Virus record (IMG/VR): IMGVR_UViG_3300037400_003033
Coordinates: 747-64,746 of that record
Direction: 5' to 3' (one strand)
Length of the DNA stretch: 64,000 nucleotides
Source: a virus
Lineage: Duplodnaviria > Caudoviricetes
Shown here: positions 52,756 to 62,626 of the stretch, piece by piece
Position numbering within the stretch: position 1 is the first letter of the stretch
How the letters are laid out: each line of letters starts with the position of its first letter
Made by a program: the position numbers and the translations under genes
Notes under the pieces: generated by a model
Seen by the model: only the letters and a program-made list of their open reading frames with translations
The model's database searches: none
What the model was told of the DNA's origin: nothing

Positions 52756-54684
52756 TTAACTTATAAGCCATTGCCATATATTATAGGCGTCGTCTGCGAA
52801 TCCTTCTGGCATTCCTTGCTCTTCAGTAAATCTTTCTATAGCTGCTTCTTTTTTCTCCTCATAATCCTCATCATAATCAGAATTACCATTACTAACAGTT
52901 ACTTCTCTACCTTCCTCGTCAACAAAAGCAACTTTCTTATTAGCCTCATCGCCTTTCGGCATCTTTTGCTTAATCTTTTGAAGATTATAAAGTAAGATAG
53001 CCATTGCCATTATATCGTCATCGTGAGAACCTTCTGTGTGGTCTGGTCTTCCACCTGCCCATACCCAAGTTTTCATTTGGTCAACAAGACGTTGTGAATG
53101 TGGGTGAAACAACGGCCAGTAGTCGTCTTCCGCCATATAGTCAATAAAACAGTCGGTAATCATTTCACGAGATTTAACTGTTGTCATCCATCCAGTCCAA
53201 ACTTGTGTTTTATCATGTTTATTAATCTTCTTCATTTTGTACATATTTTCATAATTATAATTATAGTACAAATCGTTAAAGACTGCTTCACCAATAGAGT
53301 TACATTCTACATAAATATAAGCGTTGTTGTAATATTTTCCCAAATCATTTACAAGTTTGGCACCCTCTTTTGTGGATATTCTTCCAAGATATTCTGCTAC
53401 CTGCTCTCCTAAATCCAAATCCAGAACTTGTATAGATGTGGAGTCGTCTGCCGTTCCTTTCGCAACGTCCATACCAATACCATATCTATGACCTTTCTCT
53501 GGCAATGTCCAAAACCATAATCCTTTCCAGTGTCTTGCACCAAGATCTCCTTCTTTTATAGGATTTAAAACTCTTTCCTGAACCTTTTCCAAAACTGTTT
53601 TTGAGAACACAGAGTTTCCCATTACAACGAAGTCTTGCAAAATTTCCTGACGATATTTTACTTCTCCAGAAGTTTTAAACTGGTAAGCAAGCCAAGGATT
53701 TTCTTTTGGCTTTTCCGCAATTGGTCTAAAGAACTCTTCTGCTTCTTTTTTTACGGCAGGGTTATTCCAATAATCTCTGTCCTCGAAATATTTTAGTTTG
53801 TCATTGTATCCTTTATGTGGTGTAATTGTTGGGTAGTCAGGACACATCCACCATTGAACATCATAAAGAACGGCTTCTGTCATTGGGTCATATCCGCCAC
53901 AATTCTTTAATTCTTGTACCTGTTCATAGTACAATTGTCCTTCACCAGTTGTTCCGTTAGGCGTACTAACTATAAATATAGGCGCACCTGTTTTGGCAGC
54001 AGATGGTACAACTGAAGAAACAATACCTTCAGCAATACCCTTTGTTTGATAGAAACCAAACTCATCAAGTAAAAGTATAGTAGGTGAAGTACCACGCCCT
54101 GCTGATTTAGACCTTGCAAATGTATCTATTTTTGATTTATTACTAAACTTACATCCTTTCTGATTATTAATAATATCTTTTACACCAGTCCAAAATGGAA
54201 TATTTTTAAAATTGTCTTTTATCTTTTCATAAACGTCTGTTGAAGATTTACCGTCTTTAGATATTACAACACCCCACTGAGAATCGAAGAATACAATTCT
54301 CCAAAAGAAAATTAAAGCCATAAGTGTTGAAAGACCAGTCTGACGAGATTTTGTCAAAACAACCTTTTTATGGAAAATAAAATCTTTAAGAATTTCTTTT
54401 TGGTAGTAATATAAATTACTTCCTGGAAGTTCACCAACACCAGGAAGTGTAAAAGAACAATATTTAGAAATAAAATAATATGGTGATTTTTGACACAAGT
54501 ATGTTTCAATACCTACGTCTATTAATTCTTTGGTTTTATCGTAATAGACTGTCTCAACAAACTGATTCTTTGCATGTTTAAGACAGTCATTAAATGTGAC
54601 ATAAGTATTTTTGTCTTTTTTTATTTCATAGTCTTTTATCTTTTTTAAAACAGACTCTTTAAATTTTCTTTCTTTCTCTGTCAT
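52756..54684 (-). CDS. terL: Terminase large subunit (T4 gp17-like)
   Basis: KSRQTGLST, LLLDEFGF, VSTPNG, GMDVAKG, VECNSIG, HDDDIMAM. Confidence 0.95.
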   Translation of the reverse strand: MTEKERKFKESVLKKIKDYEIKKDKNTYVTFNDCLKHAKNQFVETVYYDKTKELIDVGIETYLCQKSPYYFISKYCSFTLPGVGELPGSNLYYYQKEILKDFIFHKKVVLTKSRQTGLSTLMALIFFWRIVFFDSQWGVVISKDGKSSTDVYEKIKDNFKNIPFWTGVKDIINNQKGCKFSNKSKIDTFARSKSAGRGTSPTILLLDEFGFYQTKGIAEGIVSSVVPSAAKTGAPIFIVSTPNGTTGEGQLYYEQVQELKNCGGYDPMTEAVLYDVQWWMCPDYPTITPHKGYNDKLKYFEDRDYWNNPAVKKEAEEFFRPIAEKPKENPWLAYQFKTSGEVKYRQEILQDFVVMGNSVFSKTVLEKVQERVLNPIKEGDLGARHWKGLWFWTLPEKGHRYGIGMDVAKGTADDSTSIQVLDLDLGEQVAEYLGRISTKEGAKLVNDLGKYYNNAYIYVECNSIGEAVFNDLYYNYNYENMYKMKKINKHDKTQVWTGWMTTVKSREMITDCFIDYMAEDDYWPLFHPHSQRLVDQMKTWVWAGGRPDHTEGSHDDDIMAMAILLYNLQKIKQKMPKGDEANKKVAFVDEEGREVTVSNGNSDYDEDYEEKKEAAIERFTEEQGMPEGFADDAYNIWQWLIS

Positions 54685-54692
54685 AATGCCTC

Positions 54693-56615
54693 TTAGTATG
54701 GGAAATAATTTACTCCTTCATACATATTTTCTCTATACTCTTTATTTACTCTGTTTTGGATAATATCGCTTTGAAATTTTTGACGCCACAATCTGTTATA
54801 AGCGCTCATTATTTTCCAAGCAATATCTTTATATTCTTCTTTGTTATACTCGCTATATTCTTCTCTTTCTTCATTATATTCAAAAGCCGTGTTTGGTAGC
54901 CAGCGAACATTCTTTCTATTAAAAGGGTACCCTTTTTCAATAATAAATTCTGTTTCATTACCAACACGATCTCCGATGATTAATCTAACAGTTCTTCCAG
55001 CCATTCCATTATAACCATTTCCTTTAAGTCTTAATTGCTCAGGACTTTCTTCTGGGATTTGGAAGCCTCTAATATTTTTTGATTTCATTTCTGCAGCAAA
55101 TTGCTTTTGAACAGCTGCATGAATTTCATTAAGTTTCTCACCTGTTTTTTTATTTTCAAGGTAATCTTTAACTCTATCTTTACGATAATAAACAGTTTGG
55201 TTTGGGTTGCCTCTATAAACACCAGATGCTTTTAAAGGCATAGTTTTTTCTTCTACCCCTTTAATTGCTTGGAATAATTCATCAAGCAAAGTATCTCCAA
55301 CTTTGTTTTCAACCTTTCCTTCAGAATTGTGTGCTTTCTTAGAATATTTTACTTGATAATAATGCTCTGGGTCTCCTTCAAGATAATATCTTTTTGCACC
55401 TGCTTTCTTTTCATATATATGTTTCTCTATTTTACCATCTCTCACATAAGAGCTTAAGCCACTTTCATAATTTTCTGGATATTCTTTATCTGTTGCTTTC
55501 TTTGAGATAGATTTGTAAACTTTCTTTCCTTTAATTTTTTCAAGAAGTTCATTATAATATTTTTCACTTAGTTGATTTTTTAATCTTCCTAATGCTGCGT
55601 TTAAAGTTTTAGAATCTATTTCTTGTGGCTTTCCAAAAGTTGTTTCACCTTTCTTTGTATATCCTCTTTCACCTTCGTGTGGGTCAACTGCAGGTGTGGC
55701 TTTGTAATCAGCCATTGTCTTACCTTTCATTTTACCAACTGGAATAGGAATTTTCTTCAAAAGTTCTGTAGGAATTTTTGACAAATCTCCGCCAGTAACC
55801 TCATCGCCATTTTCGTCATTTTGATCCAAGAACCAAACTGTGATGTAGTCGTCTTTTCCATCATCAGTTGTTTCCCACTCAAAGGCCAACTGATAAGATT
55901 TACCAGTCTTCATATTTCTGATAATATAAAGTGGCGCTCGTTTAGAATATTTATTATAATAATATTCATCACATCTAGTACACCATTCAGTCGGCGTTTC
56001 TTCACCATTTTTAATATAGAAAGAAGCTGCTTTAGCGCCGTCGAATGAGGTTGGTGACATTAGTTTCCAAGTACCGTCGTCATAAAGATTTTTTACGTCC
56101 TGTATTTCACCAGAGCCTTTTGATTTTTTTCCGTGATTTCTTTGCTCTCTCTGAATGTCTTTCTCTAATTCATGTAATGTATCAATGCTTGTGAAATTCC
56201 AGCTACTTCTTTCCATCAATGATTGGAAGGCAGTCATTTCTTTTACCCAAGGTTTTTTATAAGATTTAAGAACTTCATAAAAACCATCAGTGTTTACAAC
56301 GTCGGCAAGAAGGCTGCTATTTGGACTACAGTCTTCGCCATCGTCATCATCATCATTACTATAGCAGTCAGTTTTTGATAATAATAGCTGAACACCATAA
56401 GTTGTCTCTTTAACGCCTAGCTGTTGGCATCTTTCAAAAAAATATCTTAAAATAGACTTTAAAGCGTTTGGGCATTTTTGTGCTGCGATTTTGAATGAAT
56501 TATTTATTTTTACACCAACTTGATTTGCTTTAATTGCTGAGATTGTTTCATCGGCATTTGAAAAATTATATCCTTCTGTAAGAAGTCTTACATATTTATA
56601 TTTAATGTTATCCAT
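54693..56615 (-). CDS. Putative head-packaged protein, EWCT-domain paralog A, YFPY tag
   Basis: LLTE N-terminal motif; TEWCTRCDEYYY..YSK.APLYIIRN; ends MYEGVNYFPY. Confidence 0.75.
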   Translation of the reverse strand: MDNIKYKYVRLLTEGYNFSNADETISAIKANQVGVKINNSFKIAAQKCPNALKSILRYFFERCQQLGVKETTYGVQLLLSKTDCYSNDDDDDGEDCSPNSSLLADVVNTDGFYEVLKSYKKPWVKEMTAFQSLMERSSWNFTSIDTLHELEKDIQREQRNHGKKSKGSGEIQDVKNLYDDGTWKLMSPTSFDGAKAASFYIKNGEETPTEWCTRCDEYYYNKYSKRAPLYIIRNMKTGKSYQLAFEWETTDDGKDDYITVWFLDQNDENGDEVTGGDLSKIPTELLKKIPIPVGKMKGKTMADYKATPAVDPHEGERGYTKKGETTFGKPQEIDSKTLNAALGRLKNQLSEKYYNELLEKIKGKKVYKSISKKATDKEYPENYESGLSSYVRDGKIEKHIYEKKAGAKRYYLEGDPEHYYQVKYSKKAHNSEGKVENKVGDTLLDELFQAIKGVEEKTMPLKASGVYRGNPNQTVYYRKDRVKDYLENKKTGEKLNEIHAAVQKQFAAEMKSKNIRGFQIPEESPEQLRLKGNGYNGMAGRTVRLIIGDRVGNETEFIIEKGYPFNRKNVRWLPNTAFEYNEEREEYSEYNKEEYKDIAWKIMSAYNRLWRQKFQSDIIQNRVNKEYRENMYEGVNYFPY

Positions 56616-56631
56616 ATAATTAACTTAAAAT

Positions 56632-56657
56632 AAAAAAGCCCGTCGTTTTGACGGGCT
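56632..56657 (-). terminator. Intrinsic terminator
   Basis: AGCCCGTC-aaaac-GACGGGCT plus T6 on - strand. Confidence 0.85.
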
Positions 56658-56675
56658 GTAATTAATCAATTTTAA

Positions 56676-57803
56676 TTAGTATGGGAAGTAGTTAACATCT
56701 TCTTTTACAAGTTTTTTAATCTTTGCTTTGTTAATAGCTGATCTTACTAAATTTGACAGCTTACCCTCGGTTTCCAGAGCTTTTTTTGCCTGATTATAAG
56801 CCTCTTCTCCGTATTTTTCTTTAATATGATTACACTCTGCGTTGAAATTTGCAACTATATCTGGACCAGCTTTTACATCGGCGTTTATTGCTGCGTCTAA
56901 TGATTTTGCTGCAAATTTTAATTCTTTATAAGCGCCAGCAAATGCTTTACCATCTGCTGCTTTCTCTGCTCCATACGCTTTTGCTTTTGAACCATATTCT
57001 TTACCATACTTTGTGGCAGTGTCTTTAAATTCAATTCCTTTCTTGTGAAGTTCTTGAGCAAATTCATTAGTTCTATCTTCAGCTCTGCTGTAGTTGTATT
57101 CTTTTCCAGCCTTATCCATTTCGCTTTGTGCTGCTTCTCTTTTAACGTTTTTTACGCCACCAACAACACCAGGAGCGGCTGCAAGAGCAGCTGTTGCACC
57201 TAAAGCAATTGCGCCTCTCTTAAGATGCTTCTTTAATTTATCTGCTGAGAAAGCTTCTTCAAGTGTTTCCTCAAATATTTTTGTCAGTTTTTCTTCTGTC
57301 ATTTTTGTTTCTCCAATACTATTAACTTCTTCAAAAAGATTTACAAAATAGTCGTCTACTATGCTATCTTCAAAAATAACACCCTGGTTTTCCAAAGCAT
57401 TTTCCAAAGCCTCGCGAACAACACCAGCCTTTACAATATGGCCGAATTTCTTGTTCCAAGCATCACAATAAGCCTGAGCTGCGCTTCCTCTTGTTTGATG
57501 TTTAGCTGCCTGTGCTGCTAATGCTGCTCTTTTTGCTTTTTCTTCTTCAGCATCTTTTACTCTCTGGAGTGCTACTTCTCTTTTCTGAGCATTATCTGGA
57601 TCGTGTGCAATTTTATAAGCAGCGTTCTTAGAAAGGCTACCCATCCCTGCTTTGTTAAGTCTAGTAGAAATCTGTCTTTCTGTGATTTTACCAGCTACAT
57701 ACAAGTCTGCAAGCTCTTTTTTAAGTGCTTCCCAATCTTCTTCTAGCAATTGCTCTCTTTTAAATCCTTCTGCTAAAAGTTCTGCCATTATGTCGTAATT
57801 CAT
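56676..57803 (-). CDS. Putative head-packaged helical protein with hydrophobic segment, YFPY tag
   Basis: LLAE, LLEE, TLEE motifs; GAIALGATAALAAAPGVVGG; ends VKEDVNYFPY. Confidence 0.7.
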   Translation of the reverse strand: MNYDIMAELLAEGFKREQLLEEDWEALKKELADLYVAGKITERQISTRLNKAGMGSLSKNAAYKIAHDPDNAQKREVALQRVKDAEEEKAKRAALAAQAAKHQTRGSAAQAYCDAWNKKFGHIVKAGVVREALENALENQGVIFEDSIVDDYFVNLFEEVNSIGETKMTEEKLTKIFEETLEEAFSADKLKKHLKRGAIALGATAALAAAPGVVGGVKNVKREAAQSEMDKAGKEYNYSRAEDRTNEFAQELHKKGIEFKDTATKYGKEYGSKAKAYGAEKAADGKAFAGAYKELKFAAKSLDAAINADVKAGPDIVANFNAECNHIKEKYGEEAYNQAKKALETEGKLSNLVRSAINKAKIKKLVKEDVNYFPY

Positions 57804-57813
57804 TTATTTCTCC

Positions 57814-59046
57814 TTAATTGTTGCTTTCTTCGCCTAAAACGTTTCTTCTAATTCTTTCTTTTTTTCCACCATTATTGGTGTAATATCCATATCTTTCTTT
57901 CTTTTCTCTTTTTTGTTCTATTTGATCATTAATTTTTCTACTGTTTTTATAGAAAGCATCTCTTTTAGCATGAACTAATTTAAAAATACCTTCTTCAATT
58001 TTGCGAAGAGTTTCTGGGCTAATACTTGTACCAGAAGAATTAAAGTCACCATGAGGTCTATATCCGCCTAAACTTGTTCTTGCGTCTACTTTGCTTTCCC
58101 ATCTCTTACCATTTGTATCAATAACAGCAAAACTAACATACTGTGGATCTATCCATTCTCCACTACCAACTGTGTCTGGTTTAGCATCCCATTTTTCATC
58201 ATGCACTAATTCTACCTTTGCTACGTTATCTTTACCAGCATAAAGTCTATTAACAGCACTAATAACTGGCTCAACAACTCTAGCAAAATGCATAGAAACC
58301 ATATCGTTTTTGATGCCACTATGTCTCTCACTTGCTTTTCTTTTCTTTAAGGATTTTTGTGTTACTTCTTTTTTAAAATAATCGCCGTTTTTGTCAATTC
58401 TTCCAGTACCGTTTTGTAAATCCTTTTCATGAATTCTCATGTTTCTATAATATGTTTCTGGGTCAAAAGCTTCACCAAGCATTTGCTTAAAACGGTTTGT
58501 TACATGGTCTTCAAAACCTGGGCGATGTTTGCTTGGAATATTTCCATTATACTTTTTGCTAACTTTGGAATATCTTTCCTCTGCTCTGTTAAGCATTTCT
58601 TTATCATATCTTTTGTAATTTGCATGATATGATTTAGCATGTAATTCAAACCATTTATAAACAAAAGATCCAATTGGGTCTTTTGCTGGTGTATTTCCAC
58701 CATTATCATAAATTTCTATTTTATATCTTGAATTATAATCATCTCCACCTTTATTGTTTGTTTTCTCAGTGTTATAATAAACATTACCTTCTGCGTAATT
58801 GTCTGTATAGAAATTCTTAATAATATCACCGTCGTATTTTTGGCCTGCAAATTTTTTAGTAAGAACTCTACACAAAGTTTGTGTCTGATGATTTGATATA
58901 TCTTCAAGGCCGCCGTACAATTTTTTTGCTCTTGCCTTCTTTTTAGCAATTGCGTCTGGCTGGCTTGTTTTCAATTTACGATATTCATCGTGTGAAATTG
59001 TAATATTATTTTCAAGTAATAATCTTAAAGTGCTTTCTGTAATCAT
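57814..59046 (-). CDS. Putative head-packaged basic protein
   Basis: MITESTLRLLLE N-terminus; no YFPY tag. Confidence 0.65.
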   Translation of the reverse strand: MITESTLRLLLENNITISHDEYRKLKTSQPDAIAKKKARAKKLYGGLEDISNHQTQTLCRVLTKKFAGQKYDGDIIKNFYTDNYAEGNVYYNTEKTNNKGGDDYNSRYKIEIYDNGGNTPAKDPIGSFVYKWFELHAKSYHANYKRYDKEMLNRAEERYSKVSKKYNGNIPSKHRPGFEDHVTNRFKQMLGEAFDPETYYRNMRIHEKDLQNGTGRIDKNGDYFKKEVTQKSLKKRKASERHSGIKNDMVSMHFARVVEPVISAVNRLYAGKDNVAKVELVHDEKWDAKPDTVGSGEWIDPQYVSFAVIDTNGKRWESKVDARTSLGGYRPHGDFNSSGTSISPETLRKIEEGIFKLVHAKRDAFYKNSRKINDQIEQKREKKERYGYYTNNGGKKERIRRNVLGEESNN

Positions 59047-59054
59047 ACTTTACC

Positions 59055-60998
59055 CTATCCTTTAATTAACTTTCTAAATCTGTTTACAATATTTACAGAT
59101 TCATACATATTCTTTTTATAGTTTCCCTCAGCTCTGTTTTGAACAATTTCACCCTTGAACTGTTTTCTCCAAGTGTTAAATATGTATTGAGCAACATCGA
59201 AACATATATCTTTCATTTTTTGTGGAACTTCAGTACTGTCTTGTAAGTCAAACCAACATTCCATATCTTCTTTTCTTAATGGAACTTTTTTAAACTGGGT
59301 ATAAAGTGTTCCAACAAAATCATCTTTGTTTTTATAAACTCTAATGCACCAATTAGTTCCAGGGGCATGACTATCTCCACCGTAGAATCCACCCATTCCA
59401 TTTATTCTTCTATCAAGCTCTTTAGCTCTTTTTGTACGTGCTCTGTATCTAAAAGAACCAATTTCCATATTTTGAAACTCATACTGTGGGAAAGCGGCTT
59501 TTAATTTTCCTACTGCATATTCTTTCATTTGAGCATTAAATATTTTTTCTTTTTTTGCAGACTCGTCATATTTTTGATTTGCCGCTCTTATAGCACTTTT
59601 AGATGCATATACCGTTCTTTCAGGTTGTGCTTTTGCTCTTTCTGAAACAGGATTTGACAATTTTGCAAAGTCTTTTGTAGGAATACTATATCCCATTTCA
59701 TAAAAGCCAACATACTGCAAAATTGTTCTGGTATAGCCCATTGCTGTTGCTTCATTTACGCTTGGTTTAATTCCAGCCTTTTTAGAAGCAACAAGTTCTA
59801 CATATTCATCTGGATTACCCAAAAAGTAATATCTTACCTTTCTTGCTTTTGGAAAATATTTATTTTCTACCTTTATTCCGTTTTCTACATAATTAGTTAA
59901 TGCGTCTTCTTTTTTATCTCCTTTAAAAGAACCATGTATGGAAGTAACTCTAACTATATCTCTATCACTAAATCTTTCAGTGTAATTTGGGTTTCTGTCG
60001 CCTCTTTCTACGGCATGCTCATCCAATTCTTTTGCTATTCTTCTCTGATATTTTTTATCAACTATTTGCTCTTTTGACCAAGTTTCTTTATCAGCGTTGA
60101 TATATCCAGGTCTCTTAGCATCTGGGTCTGATTCATTTTTGGCTGTATTGTAATCAGCCATTGTTTTTCCTTTTGATTTACCCGCTGGAATAAGAATGTG
60201 TTTTAAAAGTTCATTAGGTATTTTTGATAAATCACCTTGTGTAATTTTGTCTCCTTTTTTATCATTTTGATCTAAAAAGTGAACTATTACTATTTCCTTA
60301 TCTGTATCCCAAGAAGTATCCCAAGTGAAAGCCATTTGATAAGATTTACCAGTCTTCATATTTCTGATAATATAAAGCGGAGCTTGCTTAGAATACCTTT
60401 TATAATAATATTCATCACATCTAGTACACCATTCAGTTGGGGTTTCTTCACCATCTTTAATATAGAAAGAAGCTGCTTTAGCCCCTTGAAAAGAACTTGG
60501 TATCATTAATTTCCAAGTGCCGTCATCATAAGTGGTTTTAACGCCGTTTAAATCACCACCACCTTTAGCGGCTTTACCATGTTTAGATTGTCCTTCCTGA
60601 ACTACTTTTTCAAAAGTATGCAAATCATTAACGGTAGCGCCAAGCCATTCTTTTTCATTCATTAAAGTTTGGAATTCTTTTAATTCCTTTACCCAAGGCT
60701 TTTTTCTAGATTTGAGAAGTTCATAAAAACCATCTGTTCTTATAATATTTTCAAGATTAGTAGGTGGAACTTTTGAAAGTAAAAGTTGAACACCATAAGT
60801 TGTATCTTTAATACCAAGTTCGTTACACTTCTTGAAAAATATTCTTAGTTTTTCACAAGCGTAGCCCCATTTAGTTTTATCCTTATATTCTGGTAATAAT
60901 TTTACACCAATCTGATTTGCTTCAAGTGCATCATATACTTCTTCGTCATTTGTAAAATTATAGCCTTCTGCTATTACAATTGCGCTCTCAAAATCCAT
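59055..60998 (-). CDS. EWCT-domain paralog B (no YFPY tag)
   Basis: Homologous to 54693-56615; ends MYESVNIVNRFRKLIKG. Confidence 0.75.
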   Translation of the reverse strand: MDFESAIVIAEGYNFTNDEEVYDALEANQIGVKLLPEYKDKTKWGYACEKLRIFFKKCNELGIKDTTYGVQLLLSKVPPTNLENIIRTDGFYELLKSRKKPWVKELKEFQTLMNEKEWLGATVNDLHTFEKVVQEGQSKHGKAAKGGGDLNGVKTTYDDGTWKLMIPSSFQGAKAASFYIKDGEETPTEWCTRCDEYYYKRYSKQAPLYIIRNMKTGKSYQMAFTWDTSWDTDKEIVIVHFLDQNDKKGDKITQGDLSKIPNELLKHILIPAGKSKGKTMADYNTAKNESDPDAKRPGYINADKETWSKEQIVDKKYQRRIAKELDEHAVERGDRNPNYTERFSDRDIVRVTSIHGSFKGDKKEDALTNYVENGIKVENKYFPKARKVRYYFLGNPDEYVELVASKKAGIKPSVNEATAMGYTRTILQYVGFYEMGYSIPTKDFAKLSNPVSERAKAQPERTVYASKSAIRAANQKYDESAKKEKIFNAQMKEYAVGKLKAAFPQYEFQNMEIGSFRYRARTKRAKELDRRINGMGGFYGGDSHAPGTNWCIRVYKNKDDFVGTLYTQFKKVPLRKEDMECWFDLQDSTEVPQKMKDICFDVAQYIFNTWRKQFKGEIVQNRAEGNYKKNMYESVNIVNRFRKLIKG

Positions 60999-61007
60999 AT
61001 TGTCCTC

Positions 61008-61829
61008 TTAGTATGGGAAATAACTTTCTTTTACTACTTTACGATTTCTCCCTGTTGGATCTAACTCAACAGGCTGCAATCTTTGAAGTGTATCACTTCC
61101 AATCTTTTCAGTTGTAAACTGTGGTGGCTCCTGGTCTGGGATATCAAAGTCAAAATCTATCTTTTCTGTTTTTCCACCAACTGTTAAAGTATTATTTGCT
61201 TCGTTATATTTAACGTCTTTACCAGCAATGTTCATTTCATAAGTGTTAGCATTCTTTACTATTGAATTAACAATCTTTGCTGTATCTTTTACACTATTAA
61301 ACAATGATTTTGTAGATAAACCAAGTCCACCAAGCATTCCTGCTATAAGTGTTGAACCAATTAAAGCTGGTTTAATCTTTTTATTAAATACTGTTTTAAA
61401 ATCTTCTTCAAGCAAGTCTTCAGTAATTACTGATGCCTGGAACTTTTCCTTAAATTTCTGTATAAATGTTTTCTGTTGCTCTGGTTTTTTAATTGTTAAA
61501 ACTTCTGCAGGAACATCAATTCCACCACCATTGTCAAAATTTACACGGCAAGAACCATCTGCTTTAAATACTAAGTCTGTAGTCTTATAATCTTGTTTTG
61601 CGTTTACTTTATCTAACAGACCTTTCTTTTTAAGATATTCAATAACTGCACTTACGCTACCTTTTGTTGCTACTCTTCTTGTACTAATATCTGCAGTTTT
61701 AGTATAATCTTCGTCTTTACCACCAGTTTTATCATAAGCAGTTCTTTGTTTTACAGCGTTAGTTACTGCCAATGCTTGTCCGTTTCCAAGCTCTATGTTC
61801 ATTTCATTTAAGATATCATTAATTGTCAT
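61008..61829 (-). CDS. Putative head-packaged two-module protein, YFPY tag
   Basis: ILNE, internal VITEDLLEED, hydrophobic helix, ends VKESYFPY. Confidence 0.7.
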   Translation of the reverse strand: MTINDILNEMNIELGNGQALAVTNAVKQRTAYDKTGGKDEDYTKTADISTRRVATKGSVSAVIEYLKKKGLLDKVNAKQDYKTTDLVFKADGSCRVNFDNGGGIDVPAEVLTIKKPEQQKTFIQKFKEKFQASVITEDLLEEDFKTVFNKKIKPALIGSTLIAGMLGGLGLSTKSLFNSVKDTAKIVNSIVKNANTYEMNIAGKDVKYNEANNTLTVGGKTEKIDFDFDIPDQEPPQFTTEKIGSDTLQRLQPVELDPTGRNRKVVKESYFPY

Positions 61830-61865
61830 GTTAACCTCTGAGATTATACAATTAACTTAAAAAAT

Positions 61866-61890
61866 AAAACCCGCTAATTAGCGGGTTTTT
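61866..61890. terminator. Intrinsic terminator
   Basis: AAAACCCGC-taatta-GCGGGTTTT. Confidence 0.85.
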
Positions 61891-61893
61891 GAA

Positions 61894-62625
61894 TTAATAG
61901 GGAAAGTAATTTTCTTTAATTGTCTTATTCTTTTGATAAATCCAAAAAGTAACTTCTCCGTCTTCACTTTCAGCTTCGTACATTTCATATTTACTTTTTG
62001 TTTTTTTATTTAGTATTTTCAAAGCCGAAAGTAAAATTTTATTTTGTTTAGCAATTGCTTTCGGATCTGTTTCTTCTTCTGGTTTTATTTTAAGAGTTAA
62101 ATAACTATATTGTTTATTCTCAGGGTCGTAAGATGCTTTAACGTTATAATATTCATTTTTATATTTTACTTTTATATTTGTTAGTCTTCTGCTAGAAATC
62201 TCTTCCTCTAAAACATCTTCTGTTATCATACTGTCATACAGTTTTTTCCATGCTGAGTAGCTGCGTCCATCATGACCGTCTATACTAAGATGATAATAAT
62301 CAGTGTTTAAAAGGTCAATAGCGGCTTTTACAATATCCGCCCCTTCTTTATCTATAAGATCTTCCAAAAAATCTTTCATTGGAGTAACCTGAAGATTTTT
62401 ATCATTTTGGTTATCATCATAGTTGTCTTCCAGTTTGTTAGAAATTGTGCTTAAATAATTTACTGTATTTTTATCCTGAACTACTTGCTGTGTTTTTGGT
62501 TTTGGCTTTACAAATTTATTCTTTAAGTTTCCTAAGCTTCCAGCTGCTGCTGGGCTAGCCAATGTACCAGCAGCAAGCATTGCTGCAACTGTTTTTTTAA
62601 ATTTACTTGTTTGTTCTGTTATCAT
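61894..62625 (-). CDS. Putative head-packaged two-module protein, YFPY tag
   Basis: MITE then signal-like helix; internal ITEDVLEEEIS; ends IKENYFPY. Confidence 0.7.
   Translation of the reverse strand: MITEQTSKFKKTVAAMLAAGTLASPAAAGSLGNLKNKFVKPKPKTQQVVQDKNTVNYLSTISNKLEDNYDDNQNDKNLQVTPMKDFLEDLIDKEGADIVKAAIDLLNTDYYHLSIDGHDGRSYSAWKKLYDSMITEDVLEEEISSRRLTNIKVKYKNEYYNVKASYDPENKQYSYLTLKIKPEEETDPKAIAKQNKILLSALKILNKKTKSKYEMYEAESEDGEVTFWIYQKNKTIKENYFPY
62193..62226 (-). repeat. 34-nt repeat encoding ITEDVLEEEIS, copy 1
   Basis: 33/34 identical to 63175-63208. Confidence 0.9.
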
Positions 62626-62626
62626 A

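Noticed and set aside
54693-60998. Diversity-generating retroelement TR/VR pair
   Set aside because: Shared segment is mid-gene in two full coding paralogs, differences are not adenine-specific, and no reverse transcriptase is in the window.
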